A DNA stretch of 64,000 nt from Candidatus Uhrbacteria bacterium CG10_big_fil_rev_8_21_14_0_10_50_16 (GCA_002774875.1 PCYM01000001.1:118153-182152); one strand, 5' to 3'; positions 51,823-61,824 are shown, counted from the stretch's first letter. Made by a program: numbers and translations. The notes: generated from the sequence alone by a model not told the origin.

Positions 51823-52308
51823 ATGATGTTTTGTATGACCGTTCTCACTAACCCAAATCCAGAGTTACGCAAAAAATCTCTCCTCGTGGATGAGGCGCGT
51901 TTTGGTACCGAGGAACTTGTAGCCTTTGGCGAGGAATTGAAAGGGGCCATGAAGGAAGATAACGGCATTGGCATTGCCTCGCCGCAGGTAGGCGTTCATG
52001 ACCGAATTATTGTCGTGGATTTGGACGACACGGGTCCTACGGTGTTTGTGAATCCAAAGATTGTCTCCAGATCACTCTCAAAAATATCATTTGAGGAGGG
52101 ATGTTTGTCTGTGCCTGGGATTTATGGCATGGTGGAACGTCACAAAAAAGTAAAAGTTAAAGCGCGTACAATCGATGGCCTCCCCGTAACCTTGGAGCTT
52201 AAAAATATCATGGCGGTGGTGTTCCAACATGAAATTGATCATTTGGATGGCATTTTATTTATCGACAAAGTCACCTCCTTCACCCACGGTGGGGATGTGG
52301 TTGTTTAG
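51823..52308 (+). CDS. def: peptide deformylase
   Basis: GIGIASPQVG, EGCLSVPG and HEIDHLDG motifs. Confidence 0.9.
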   Translation: MMFCMTVLTNPNPELRKKSLLVDEARFGTEELVAFGEELKGAMKEDNGIGIASPQVGVHDRIIVVDLDDTGPTVFVNPKIVSRSLSKISFEEGCLSVPGIYGMVERHKKVKVKARTIDGLPVTLELKNIMAVVFQHEIDHLDGILFIDKVTSFTHGGDVVV

Positions 52309-52311
52309 GGT

Positions 52312-52500
52312 ATGTCATTCGGTCAACAACAAGAAACAACTGATAATGTTGCAGTTCGAGGAATTTTGAAAGAGCTCACGACCTCGAATGAGCGATCAAG
52401 TCAATTAAACAAAGCAATGTTCAAGCTTACGGTTGCGATCGCGGTCCTTACTTTGGTCATAGCGGCGATTGCGATATTGACCTATCTCAAAATCAAATAA
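52312..52500 (+). CDS. small hypothetical protein with C-terminal TM (62 aa)
   Basis: ORF between def and fmt; C-terminal hydrophobic helix. Confidence 0.35.
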   Translation: MSFGQQQETTDNVAVRGILKELTTSNERSSQLNKAMFKLTVAIAVLTLVIAAIAILTYLKIK

Positions 52501-52503
52501 CCT

Positions 52504-53418
52504 ATGGTTAAAATCGTTTACTTCGGAACGCCGGAGGTATCAACTTACGGATTACAAGCGTTGGTGGACGACGCGCGTTTTGAGGTTGTCGCCGTTGTTA
52601 CGCAGCCACCAAAACCTGTCGGTCGCAGCGCAACCATTCAAACATCACCCATCCATGCGCTTGCCGGTACACTTGGAATCCGTGTTCTCACCCCAACCAA
52701 GGCTAAGGAGATCGAGCCAGAGCTTACCGAGATTGCTGCCGACCTGCACGTAGTGGTGGCGTTTGGTCAGATTTTGCCGCAATCAATCGTCGACTTACCG
52801 CCGTATGGAACGCTCAATATCCACCCTTCCCTCCTCCCGCGTTGGCGAGGAGCAGCACCTGTGCCTGCGACCATTTTAGCGGGAGACACGCTTACAGGGG
52901 TGTGTATTATGGTCATGGACGCAAAGATGGATCACGGGCCCATTTTGGACGTGTCAGAGCTACCTGTGGACTCTAAAACAACCCAGGAATTGCTGCCAGA
53001 ACTCATGAATCAGGGTGCGCAACGATTACCAGATGTTGCAAACGACTGGATTCAAGGAATCCTCACCCCACAAGACCAAGATCACGAGGCAGCCACGTTT
53101 TGCAAAATGCTCTCACGAGACGATGCACGTATTGACTGGCAACGAGGTTTTGCGTATACGGAACGTCAGGTGCGAGCCTACACGCCCTGGCCCGGTACAT
53201 GGACGGAGGTAGAAACGCCAAAGGGTTGGCAGCGGATCAAAATCCTTAAGGCGCATGTAGATGCAACGCGCGACGAGGCGATTGTGCTCACAACCACAAA
53301 TGGCCTTACGTCTATCGGTCAACTCGTATTAGATGAACTTCAATTTGAAAGCAAAACACCCGCCCTCGGGACGGATGTTGCAAAGACACAAAAGGGTCTT
53401 ACACTTCAGGTTCGGTAA
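52504..53418 (+). CDS. fmt: methionyl-tRNA formyltransferase
   Basis: Formyltransferase N-terminal domain (IVYFGTPE..; HPSLLPRWRG) and C-terminal domain. Confidence 0.9.
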   Translation: MVKIVYFGTPEVSTYGLQALVDDARFEVVAVVTQPPKPVGRSATIQTSPIHALAGTLGIRVLTPTKAKEIEPELTEIAADLHVVVAFGQILPQSIVDLPPYGTLNIHPSLLPRWRGAAPVPATILAGDTLTGVCIMVMDAKMDHGPILDVSELPVDSKTTQELLPELMNQGAQRLPDVANDWIQGILTPQDQDHEAATFCKMLSRDDARIDWQRGFAYTERQVRAYTPWPGTWTEVETPKGWQRIKILKAHVDATRDEAIVLTTTNGLTSIGQLVLDELQFESKTPALGTDVAKTQKGLTLQVR

Positions 53419-53782
53419 TAAAAATGGATTCCAATTTTTTTGCGTTCTGCTCGTCGTAGATTTGATCCGTGATCGCCTCAATCATCTCCCCTTGTAAAAA
53501 GCGAATGCGCATAGTGTGGGTGGTGATGACCTGCGCAGAGACTTGGTCTGTTCGGTCGCCAAACCCTGCGCTGTTGGATTCAAAATCCAAATACACATCC
53601 CAGCAAGACGAACACCCGCCCTGAATCGCCTCCTTAAGTTGCAAATCGTGTCCGTCAAAAAGATACGTAGGCGCTGTTGTTTCTACCCATACAGTTGCCT
53701 CGTTGACATATTTGTTGGGATTTGGCTGACATCCAGCACCTACAAGCAGCAACGCAAGTATTCCAATAAAGAATGGCTTCAT
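53399..53782 (-). CDS. hypothetical lipoprotein
   Basis: MKPFFIGILALLLVGAGC lipobox. Confidence 0.5.
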   Translation of the reverse strand: MKPFFIGILALLLVGAGCQPNPNKYVNEATVWVETTAPTYLFDGHDLQLKEAIQGGCSSCWDVYLDFESNSAGFGDRTDQVSAQVITTHTMRIRFLQGEMIEAITDQIYDEQNAKKLESIFITEPEV

Positions 53783-53783
53783 A

Positions 53784-54041
53784 CTAACTTTTACGACGTG
53801 TAATGCGTGTCACAACGATAGTGACGGCAATCACAAAAATTGTCACCACGACTGCGTAGATCAATTTTGCCAAAATAGAATCAGAGGGTGATGGAAATAT
53901 TTGCTCAATGAGTGCTTTAATCGCCTCATTCCACGCAAGACCTGCCACGAGTCCAAACGACGCAAGGACGTATCCTGCAATTTTTGTTGAAGCTTCTGCC
54001 TGAATGGCGGCAAGCTCTTCTTTTTTTTCTTGTAGCTTCAT
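53784..54041 (-). CDS. small membrane protein (tail-anchored, 85 aa)
   Basis: Two hydrophobic helices; no family recognised. Confidence 0.4.
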   Translation of the reverse strand: MKLQEKKEELAAIQAEASTKIAGYVLASFGLVAGLAWNEAIKALIEQIFPSPSDSILAKLIYAVVVTIFVIAVTIVVTRITRRKS

Positions 54042-54044
54042 AAA

Positions 54045-54434
54045 TTATTTTTGTGCGTCTTTTAATACTTGAGAGAACCAGGCGACATCTGTTATCATGC
54101 CGGACAATCGCTCCCCATCTTTATCTGCTGTCAACTTCATTGCACGAGTTACATTTGGAAAATACGCGGTTTTGTTGCTGACAACGAGGTTGTAGGCGGT
54201 AAGTGTTGGCCGCAGAAGATCCGCAACGCGCGCTCCGCCAAATGGTCCATTGGATACGCCTACTACTGCTACAGGTTTACGACGATATTCCTCGTAGGCT
54301 TGATCCATCATGAGTTTAAGCTCCCCAGGGTATCCGTGATTATATTCTGGAGTGACGACAATAAATCCATCGGCGTGACATAGACGGATCTTACGGTTAG
54401 CGTGCGTATTTGAGCGTATCGTTAGTATACAACA
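54045..54434 (-). pseudogene. N-terminally truncated NADPH-dependent FMN reductase (flavodoxin-like fold) gene
   Basis: The frame is open for 41 codons upstream of the first ATG (54311) and encodes the family motif FIVVTPEYNHGYPGELK, but has no start codon back to a TAA at 54435-54437; the N-terminal ~75 aa of the fold are absent. Confidence 0.6.
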
Positions 54435-54561
54435 TTACGGATTTGGGTAAGTGTCCGTACCAAATAGCTCGTCGACCTTTCTCCACGCCATGTCGACATT
54501 AATCGAGGCGTCTTCCCAGTCCACCTTTTCTATTATAGATTCAACAAGATCAAACAACATA

Positions 54562-56097
54562 CTAGTGATGACGTGTGGTGAGTTGCTTCATTGGTCGCAA
54601 GACAGGCATAGCCTTTATGTCCTTTGTCCGTTGTCGAGCGGCTGGATTTGTGCGTGGAACAAGAGCCACGATAATAGCGATCATCCCCCACCCGATTGGG
54701 TGATTCAAATAGGGAGAGAACATGTGCGCAATTAGTAATGCAATAAAAGAGAAGAACAATGCCATATAGAGCCAAGTGTGTGCACGGTCCTCGCGAGAGG
54801 CGTGCCACAGGTCTGCGGCGATGGCATAGAAGACATACAACAAGATTCCTGTGCCCAACAAGCCAAACTTCACAAGCAAATCAAGCCAGCCCCATTCAAA
54901 CACATAGGAGGAGACGATATTGGTTCCCTGCCCGTCAATGTAGCGTTGATCCGACGTCTCATAGACAACTTGCGTTCCAAGCCCGTGGCCCATGAGGGGC
55001 TCTTGCGCGATACTTGTGAGAAGCGGTCCTAAAAGCTTGCGACGACTGTCCAATGCAATGTCGTCTGTGCCGGTTGCGCGTGATCGCAGTAGCGATCCAA
55101 AGATGCTTGTACCAGTGGTCTGAAAAATAGGAACCGCAATAATTATCCACAACAGTGCTACGGCTCCAATCTTTGTAATGACGAGGTCTGGGACACGAGA
55201 CGCGAGGGTGCGCCATCCTTTTTGCCAAACGATATAAACAACAAATAGGAGAATTGCACATGCAAGTGCAAGCCAGAACGTGCGAGACAAACTCGCGACG
55301 ATCGCTGCAAACACAACTAGATGGACGTAACGCACGCCGTTCTCACGTGTTTTTTCTGCAAGGAGCATGTAGCTTGCCGACACAAAAAGCGCCGGAACAA
55401 GAAACCATTGTGATTGTAAGAAAATGCGGTACACATTTCCCATTTGTAGCGTAATCTCGCCAAGCCGCGTGTCACGAATCCATGTGTAGAGCGGATTTAG
55501 AGTTTTTGGGTGAAGGTGACCAAATACGAATAAGAAAAGGAGGGTTTTAAACGTAATAACGACAACGCCGGCGCCCGCGAGCTGCATGAGTCGCTTGCGA
55601 GAACGCGCGTCTTGTACCCACACAAACGCCGCCAAGAGATAGCCAATTGCCAGGTATCCGTTAGCATCAAGATACAGAATGCGCAGATCATATCCGGAGA
55701 GCAGGCCGCGAATGACACCATATAGCATTAAGCCAACAAGCAGGATTACAGGGAGACGATAGCGTTCTGGAATGGGGTTTCTCCTTGTGCGCGACAAGTG
55801 AATCAGCGTCGCGACCATGAGCACGCCAAATAATGCAATACGAAGACCAATACTAATACCCGCAAGCTCAACATTGAGGCTGTGACCGTTAGACGTAGAA
55901 ATAATCTCGGCCATGGCAATCGGAAACAGCCACTCGGGCTTCCAGACACTTACGCCAATGGCACACACAACAAAGAGACTAAATAGGATTGGTTCAGCGG
56001 CTGTATGAAGGACAAAAAAGGACAGAACATCCAAACACAGGAGTCCCGCAACGGTCCATAAGAACGCTTTTCCAGAAAATTGATCAAGAAAGGACAT
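54562..56097 (-). CDS. O-antigen ligase / Wzy_C-domain polytopic membrane protein
   Basis: ~12 TM; periplasmic loop with SRTFW-like motif (SLSRTFWLALA) typical of O-antigen ligase/polymerase family. Confidence 0.55.
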   Translation of the reverse strand: MSFLDQFSGKAFLWTVAGLLCLDVLSFFVLHTAAEPILFSLFVVCAIGVSVWKPEWLFPIAMAEIISTSNGHSLNVELAGISIGLRIALFGVLMVATLIHLSRTRRNPIPERYRLPVILLVGLMLYGVIRGLLSGYDLRILYLDANGYLAIGYLLAAFVWVQDARSRKRLMQLAGAGVVVITFKTLLFLFVFGHLHPKTLNPLYTWIRDTRLGEITLQMGNVYRIFLQSQWFLVPALFVSASYMLLAEKTRENGVRYVHLVVFAAIVASLSRTFWLALACAILLFVVYIVWQKGWRTLASRVPDLVITKIGAVALLWIIIAVPIFQTTGTSIFGSLLRSRATGTDDIALDSRRKLLGPLLTSIAQEPLMGHGLGTQVVYETSDQRYIDGQGTNIVSSYVFEWGWLDLLVKFGLLGTGILLYVFYAIAADLWHASREDRAHTWLYMALFFSFIALLIAHMFSPYLNHPIGWGMIAIIVALVPRTNPAARQRTKDIKAMPVLRPMKQLTTRHH

Positions 56098-56106
56098 AGA
56101 ATGCGA

Positions 56107-56805
56107 TCAAATGAGATGATGCTTTGCCTGAATAATACGTCTTGCCGCCTCGTAGGCCTGTACGCGCGAACGAATCCAAGGAAGCCACTTCCATGGGGCG
56201 TGGTACCAAGCTTTGGGCATCCAAGAAGAAATTCCCTTCTCCTGCGTAGAAAATCGCATAGATTCTCCCGGTACGTAGAGCCCGTGTCCCCCTTGTTCGG
56301 TGATTGTCAGCCAAAGATCCCAGTCTTGAAAACGTAATATTGCGTCGTCAAAACCAGGAAAATTCGATCGTTTGATCAATGCTGACACGTGCACAAAATT
56401 CATTTTTCGCAGACGATCCGCATCAAAAGGGCCTGTAATAAAATGCTTGAAACCATAGCGAAAATCTCCGTAAGAAAACGCTGCGTCTGAGGCTATTAGC
56501 GCATGCGAGAGTCGAACAAGCGTGTCGGGGTCCAGGTCTGCATCTGCGTCCAAAAAAATGAGTTGATCTCCTTTTGCCTCCAAAAATCCACGGTTGCGTG
56601 CAGGATTTCTCCCTTTGTTCTTTTGATGAATAACCGTTATGTTCGGTCGATCTTCATAGGCGGCAAGTAACTCACTCGTTTCATCTGTTGATCCGTCGTT
56701 TACAACAATGAGTTCAAACGCTATCCCCTCCTGTTTAAGGACGGACTCAATCGTCTCTCCAAGCGAACTTGCATGATTATAGGTTGGAATAATGACAGAA
56801 ATCAC
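56107..56805 (-). CDS. family 2 glycosyltransferase
   Basis: MISVIIPTYN..VNDGSTDET and DADAD (DxD) motifs. Confidence 0.8.
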   Translation of the reverse strand: MISVIIPTYNHASSLGETIESVLKQEGIAFELIVVNDGSTDETSELLAAYEDRPNITVIHQKNKGRNPARNRGFLEAKGDQLIFLDADADLDPDTLVRLSHALIASDAAFSYGDFRYGFKHFITGPFDADRLRKMNFVHVSALIKRSNFPGFDDAILRFQDWDLWLTITEQGGHGLYVPGESMRFSTQEKGISSWMPKAWYHAPWKWLPWIRSRVQAYEAARRIIQAKHHLI

Positions 56806-57854
56806 AGGCCGAGGTTTTGCTTCAGGTCTTCAATCATAGCACGTGAGGTTCTTACGTGCTCGCGTGCGTTATCTCCTAGTGTTTTTCGTAATTCCTCATT
56901 ATGGAATAGCGTTGTCATGGCGTCGATAAGTTCTTGATCTGAATTGACCAAAATGCCCGTCTGACCGTTAATCACTGCTTCGTCGACGCCGGGGATATTG
57001 GAAGCAATTGAAGGGATACCAAATTGCGCTGCTTCGTGATAGACAATTCCAAATCCTTCACGATCAAGCGCTGTCGTGACGGTCGGTAAGACAAATAGTT
57101 GACTCGTTTTATACGCATACTGGATTTGCTCATCCGTTGGATCAACCGTCAGCGTCACAAGATCCTCCATTCCAAGATCAATGATCATACGCTCGAGTTC
57201 TTGTTTGAATGGACCGTCTCCGCCTAGAATAGAATAATGCAGTTGATCGTGGAGGTGTGGAATCAACGTAAGAGCATTGAGGACACGCTGTATCCCCTTC
57301 CGTTCTACAAGACGACCAACGGACACAATGCTGAATGTGTTTGAAGAGATTGATTTCGCTGCTTGGACGTAGGGCTGTGGGTGCACAACAAGGGGCTCTA
57401 CATGAACAAAACGTTCTACTCGCTGTGCAAGAGCGTGTGTATTTGTCACGACCGCGCGCGCCTCTCGAAGCACCTGTCGTGTGATCCATCGTTTCCACAT
57501 ATTACGTGTGGCCAGGTCAAAATCCATCCCATGAAGGACCACAACGTACTCGGTGTTTGTGCGACGCTTATTCATTAAGCAAGCGATGCCAAGCGGTAAG
57601 ACGTGATGGGTAAATATAAGGTCAACATCACGCTTGGCTAGTTCGTGCACGGCTCCCATCCAGCGTGGCCATTTTTGTTGCATGAATTGCCTGTACTCCA
57701 CGCTAAACGTTTTGTCACAAACAGACGTTTGAACGTCACCAATATCTGCAACAACGTGCATGCTCGATCCAAAAGCCTCGCAAAATGTATCAATATAGCG
57801 TGCAACGCCGCCTGGCATTGGAAGATAGTCGATTGTAATGGTAAGAAATTTCAT
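56802..57854 (-). CDS. family 1/4 glycosyltransferase (GT-B)
   Basis: C-terminal EGFGIVYHEAAQFGIPSIASN..GQTGILV signature. Confidence 0.8.
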   Translation of the reverse strand: MKFLTITIDYLPMPGGVARYIDTFCEAFGSSMHVVADIGDVQTSVCDKTFSVEYRQFMQQKWPRWMGAVHELAKRDVDLIFTHHVLPLGIACLMNKRRTNTEYVVVLHGMDFDLATRNMWKRWITRQVLREARAVVTNTHALAQRVERFVHVEPLVVHPQPYVQAAKSISSNTFSIVSVGRLVERKGIQRVLNALTLIPHLHDQLHYSILGGDGPFKQELERMIIDLGMEDLVTLTVDPTDEQIQYAYKTSQLFVLPTVTTALDREGFGIVYHEAAQFGIPSIASNIPGVDEAVINGQTGILVNSDQELIDAMTTLFHNEELRKTLGDNAREHVRTSRAMIEDLKQNLGL

Positions 57855-59278
57855 ACGATCATTCCACGTTTTACGTTCCGAAATGATTCAAGGCTGACGG
57901 ATCGGAAAAGAAATAGACAAGTCACGTAGACAGCGCCTCCGAGTGGAATCGTAAGAATGCCAAGAACGGGTTTTGTGCTCAAAACAACGGTAGCCATACA
58001 AAGACCAGACAAAAGTACGGGCCCAATACGTGCAAGGATCGATCGTGCTTCGAGACGAAGTGTTTTACGAACAGCAAAAAGCCCGACAATAAACATGAAG
58101 GCAAAACTTAAAAGCGCGGCGGTACTCGCACCTAGAATGCCTAATCGTGGGATCAAAACGATGTTGGCGACGACATTAATAATCATTGTCCAAAACATAA
58201 TCAACGTTTTTGTCCCTTGTCGATCATCGGCATTTAAAAGTGAACCAATGGGAAAATCGAGGAAAATAAAGAGAAGAACAAATACGAGAAGTTGCAACGG
58301 TAAAATCGATCCAAAGTAGGCTGACCCGTAGACAAGTGGCACAATCAGGTCCGCCGTTGTTGCAATACCAAAGACCACTGGCACCGCAAGAAGAGACATA
58401 TACCAAAGCGCCGAGTGAAACACACTGGTAAGTTGCTCTGTGTCTTTTTTATGGACAAGTGTACTGAGCGTTGGATAAAGCGCGGCCACGAATGCCATTG
58501 GAAGGAACTGGAACGCATACGTGAGTTTGTAGGCAATACTGTAGAGCCCTACACCTTCATCGCCCAAAAACCGTTCTAACAAAATCGAGTCTGCTGTAGA
58601 ATAGACCTTTACAAAAATAGCTGCGAGCGCAAACGGAAGCGCAACACGCAATAATCGTTTAGCTTTTTGACGACTAAACGAGAGTCTAAATGGATGAATC
58701 CCCATGCGAGACAGACGCGTGGCAGCAAAAAGGACGTTCCAAAGACTTCCGCCAATTAAGGCAACAATAAGAAAGAGGAGATTTGGTGAGATAATCAAGC
58801 TCACGACTCCAATAAGAAGCGTTACGAGTTGCCCAATAAATATACCAATTGATTCTGTTCCGAGCCGGTGGTGACCTCTAAATACGCCGTAAAAGGTAAG
58901 GTGAAAGGTATCTAGGACCATTACGAGGCTCGCGGTGTACATGAGTGTCCGTGTGAGCTCGTCGTATCCAAGTGCAAACGAGAGTGCCACAACAATTGCA
59001 ACTGCCAAGAGACTTAGCCCTAGTTTGAGGCCAATCACGTGCGCCAAGAGTCCTTCTTGCTCATCTGGACGTTTGGCAATATCGCGAATAAGGACAGAAG
59101 TAAGACCAAAATCGGCAATCACACCGACCATAGTCGTGAGGGACAGTGCCAAGAAGTACTTCCCTGTAAACTCCACCCCAACCATGCGAGCAATGACGGC
59201 AAAATAAAAAAAAGCGACAATCTTTTGACCAATCGATGCGGCAGTAAGATAAGCAGTATTTTTGGCAAGTTGACTCAT
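57851..59278 (-). CDS. polysaccharide flippase (Wzx / MOP superfamily)
   Basis: 475 aa, ~12-14 TM, N-terminal pattern typical of O-unit flippases. Confidence 0.7.
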   Translation of the reverse strand: MSQLAKNTAYLTAASIGQKIVAFFYFAVIARMVGVEFTGKYFLALSLTTMVGVIADFGLTSVLIRDIAKRPDEQEGLLAHVIGLKLGLSLLAVAIVVALSFALGYDELTRTLMYTASLVMVLDTFHLTFYGVFRGHHRLGTESIGIFIGQLVTLLIGVVSLIISPNLLFLIVALIGGSLWNVLFAATRLSRMGIHPFRLSFSRQKAKRLLRVALPFALAAIFVKVYSTADSILLERFLGDEGVGLYSIAYKLTYAFQFLPMAFVAALYPTLSTLVHKKDTEQLTSVFHSALWYMSLLAVPVVFGIATTADLIVPLVYGSAYFGSILPLQLLVFVLLFIFLDFPIGSLLNADDRQGTKTLIMFWTMIINVVANIVLIPRLGILGASTAALLSFAFMFIVGLFAVRKTLRLEARSILARIGPVLLSGLCMATVVLSTKPVLGILTIPLGGAVYVTCLFLFRSVSLESFRNVKRGMIV

Positions 59279-59327
59279 GGTTGTTTCTGATTGGCTCTAT
59301 CGTACCGAACTCTGAGTAAATGAGCTA

Positions 59328-59355
59328 GCAAAAAACTGCCCGAAGGCAGTTTTTG
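59328..59355. terminator. intrinsic terminator (actgcc-cgaa-ggcagt with A/T flanks) for the rpsI-rplM operon
   Basis: Hairpin directly downstream of the rpsI stop. Confidence 0.55.
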
Positions 59356-59757
59356 TTATCGCTTTGACCACTGTGGGGCTTTGCGGGCCTTCTTGAGTCC
59401 AAATTTCTTTCGTTCTTTAACACGCGCATCTCGTGAAAGCAAACCTTCTGGCTTTAATGTCGCACGAAGATCCGCATCCATTTTGATAAGCGCACGAGCG
59501 ATTCCAAGCGAGATAGCATCTGCCTGGGCTCGGGTTCCACCTCCAAGGACGCGGACACTGATATCTGCGATATCCTTCAATCCTGCCTTGTCGAGTGCGA
59601 GGTTTACACGTTCTTGCCAGGTAAATACAGGAAGATAATCCTTCATCTCTCGGCCATTGATCGTAAACGCTCCTTTTCCTTTTGGATAGACGCGTACCTG
59701 TGCAATCGCACACTTTCGACGTCCCAATCCGTAAATATACTTGTTTTCTTCCGCCAT
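59356..59757 (-). CDS. rpsI: 30S ribosomal protein S9
   Basis: GGGTRAQADAISLGIARAL.. and the C-terminal KKAPQWSKR. Confidence 0.9.
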   Translation of the reverse strand: MAEENKYIYGLGRRKCAIAQVRVYPKGKGAFTINGREMKDYLPVFTWQERVNLALDKAGLKDIADISVRVLGGGTRAQADAISLGIARALIKMDADLRATLKPEGLLSRDARVKERKKFGLKKARKAPQWSKR

Positions 59758-59758
59758 A

Positions 59759-60115
59759 TTACTTGATGGTCAATCGTTTCATTCGTTCCGTGCGGAGTCG
59801 ATTCTTAGGCAGCATACGCAATACAGCGCGTCGCAAGACCTCTCCTGGATCTGCTGCGAACACGTCCATAAGTTTCTGCTGCTTGAGTCCACCTGGATGT
59901 CCAGAGTGACGATAATAGATCTTATCCGTCATCTTGTTTCCAGTGATCTTCATCATTTTTGCATGTTCCACATTTACGATCTCGCCTTTATCCCAGTTTG
60001 GGACATAGTCGGTACGATTCTTCCCTTGTAGAAGGATGGAAATTTCTGCAGCAAGACGACCTGGAGCTTTTCCCGAGGCGTCGATGGTATGAGTTGTTCG
60101 TTCTACCGTTTTCAT
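59759..60115 (-). CDS. rplM: 50S ribosomal protein L13
   Basis: MKTVERTTHTIDASGKAPGRLAA..; start at the ATG at 60115. Confidence 0.9.
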   Translation of the reverse strand: MKTVERTTHTIDASGKAPGRLAAEISILLQGKNRTDYVPNWDKGEIVNVEHAKMMKITGNKMTDKIYYRHSGHPGGLKQQKLMDVFAADPGEVLRRAVLRMLPKNRLRTERMKRLTIK

Positions 60116-60116
60116 A

Positions 60117-60467
60117 TTACACAAATGAGATCTCTACCATTTCGGCGCCATCTCCAAGACGACTTCCGATCTTTGTAATACGTGTGTAACCTCCTGGCCG
60201 TGTTGCGTATCGAGGTCCAATGATCTCGAGAACCTTATTCACAGCCCCTTCTGTCATAAAGAGCTTCATAAGCTCTCGTCGTGCGTGAAGGGTGCTTTCT
60301 TTCCCGCGAGTCACTGCTTTTTCTACAATTGGACGTACAACGCTTGCTTTTGCAGAAGTTGTACGCACTGTCTCGTGTAACACAATGCTTGTTGCGAGAT
60401 TACGAAGCATCGCTTCACGAGAAGCTTTCTTTCGTCCCAATGTTTTCGTCGTGTTGCGATGTCGCAT
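60117..60467 (-). CDS. rplQ: 50S ribosomal protein L17
   Basis: MRHRNTTKTLGRKKASREAMLRNL..; start at 60467. Confidence 0.85.
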   Translation of the reverse strand: MRHRNTTKTLGRKKASREAMLRNLATSIVLHETVRTTSAKASVVRPIVEKAVTRGKESTLHARRELMKLFMTEGAVNKVLEIIGPRYATRPGGYTRITKIGSRLGDGAEMVEISFV

Positions 60468-60471
60468 ATAC

Positions 60472-61194
60472 TTATTCGTTGTCAGCTCCTGTCTCAATGG
60501 CTGCGGAGGAATCTCCAGTCAACAATGAGAAGTGCTTCATCAAAATCTCCGTAGACGCCTTTACGGCCTCTTCTGGCGAGATCACGCCGTTGGTCTCAAT
60601 ATCGAGAACCACGCGATCGTAGTTTGTAATTTCACCGATACGAACAGGTTCCACGCGGAATGCAATCGCTTTTACCGGGCTGTAGAGGGCATCAAGCTTG
60701 ATCCAACCTACTTCTGTCTCTTCGCTTGAACGTTCCTCTGTTGGCACATAACCGTAACCAGTTTCTGCAAGTACTTCTAGCTCGAACGTTGTTGTGTCAT
60801 CCGTGAGTGTTGCAATAACCGCTTCTGGATTCACAATCTCTACATCCGCATTTGCCGCAAAATCCGCAGCCGTTACGGGTCCTTTTCCTTTCTTTGAGAG
60901 GCTCAGTCGTACGGGTGTGTCACTAAACACTTTAAGCGCAACCTGTTTGAGATTCATGCGAATCTCGACGCCATCCTCTTTAACGCCATTCATGGTTGTA
61001 AACTCGTGTGAAACTCCTGCGATCTTGACTCCTGTCAACGCTCCACCTGGAAGCGAGGAAAGAAGAACGCGGCGTAGGGCATTTCCAATCGTGGTTCCGT
61101 ACCCATGAAACAGCGGCTCGATCGTAAGGGTTGCACTGTGCGGCTGTTCACCGGGAACGTACGCGATGGTTGATGGATAGACAAATGTGTCCAT
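60472..61194 (-). CDS. rpoA: DNA-directed RNA polymerase alpha subunit, N-terminal domain only (240 aa; no alpha-CTD)
   Basis: NTD signature (LEPLFHGYGTTIGNALRRVLLSSLPG); protein ends about where the interdomain linker would start. Confidence 0.85.
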   Translation of the reverse strand: MDTFVYPSTIAYVPGEQPHSATLTIEPLFHGYGTTIGNALRRVLLSSLPGGALTGVKIAGVSHEFTTMNGVKEDGVEIRMNLKQVALKVFSDTPVRLSLSKKGKGPVTAADFAANADVEIVNPEAVIATLTDDTTTFELEVLAETGYGYVPTEERSSEETEVGWIKLDALYSPVKAIAFRVEPVRIGEITNYDRVVLDIETNGVISPEEAVKASTEILMKHFSLLTGDSSAAIETGADNE

Positions 61195-61203
61195 AGAGAA
61201 AGC

Positions 61204-61821
61204 TTAGCGTGAGTAGAACTCAATGATGAGTGTTGGATCGAATGGTTGGTTGAGATCGTCCCCCTCTGGCTCACTCAAAACCTGTCCAGAACCCTTTTTG
61301 ACATCTACTGACAACCAGCTAGGAACCGTAACTGTTTCTGCATGCACGAGTAAGTCGGGCATGATTTTCTTGTCTTTCTTTGTATCCTTGAACGCGACAA
61401 TGTCTCCTGATTTTACCTTGTACGATCGGATGTTGACGGGAATCCCGTTCACCGTAAAGTATTTATGGCTAACCAATTGACGTGCCTGTTGACGTGTCTT
61501 TGCAAAACCCATTTTGAGAACAACGTTTTCAAGTCGCAACTCAAGGAGGCGAATAAGGATCACTCCTGTGTCACCATCCGTGCGGATTGCTTTCTTGTAA
61601 TAGTTGCGGAATTGCTTTTCTCGGAGATCGTACAGAAGTTTTGCTTTCTGCTTCTCACGCAATTGAAGGCCGTAGGTAGAAACACGCTTGCGTGTTTGCT
61701 TTGGGCCATGCATGCCAGGACCATAAGGTCGGCGTTGCATGACCTTGGCGATACTCACACTTGGTGACAATGGAATACCTTCTCGTCGGCTCAATTTTCC
61801 TAATTTTTTCTTGATGGCCAT
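61204..61821 (-). CDS. rpsD: 30S ribosomal protein S4
   Basis: RLDNVVLKMGFAKTRQQARQLVSH S4-domain signature. Confidence 0.9.
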   Translation of the reverse strand: MAIKKKLGKLSRREGIPLSPSVSIAKVMQRRPYGPGMHGPKQTRKRVSTYGLQLREKQKAKLLYDLREKQFRNYYKKAIRTDGDTGVILIRLLELRLENVVLKMGFAKTRQQARQLVSHKYFTVNGIPVNIRSYKVKSGDIVAFKDTKKDKKIMPDLLVHAETVTVPSWLSVDVKKGSGQVLSEPEGDDLNQPFDPTLIIEFYSR

Positions 61822-61824
61822 AGG

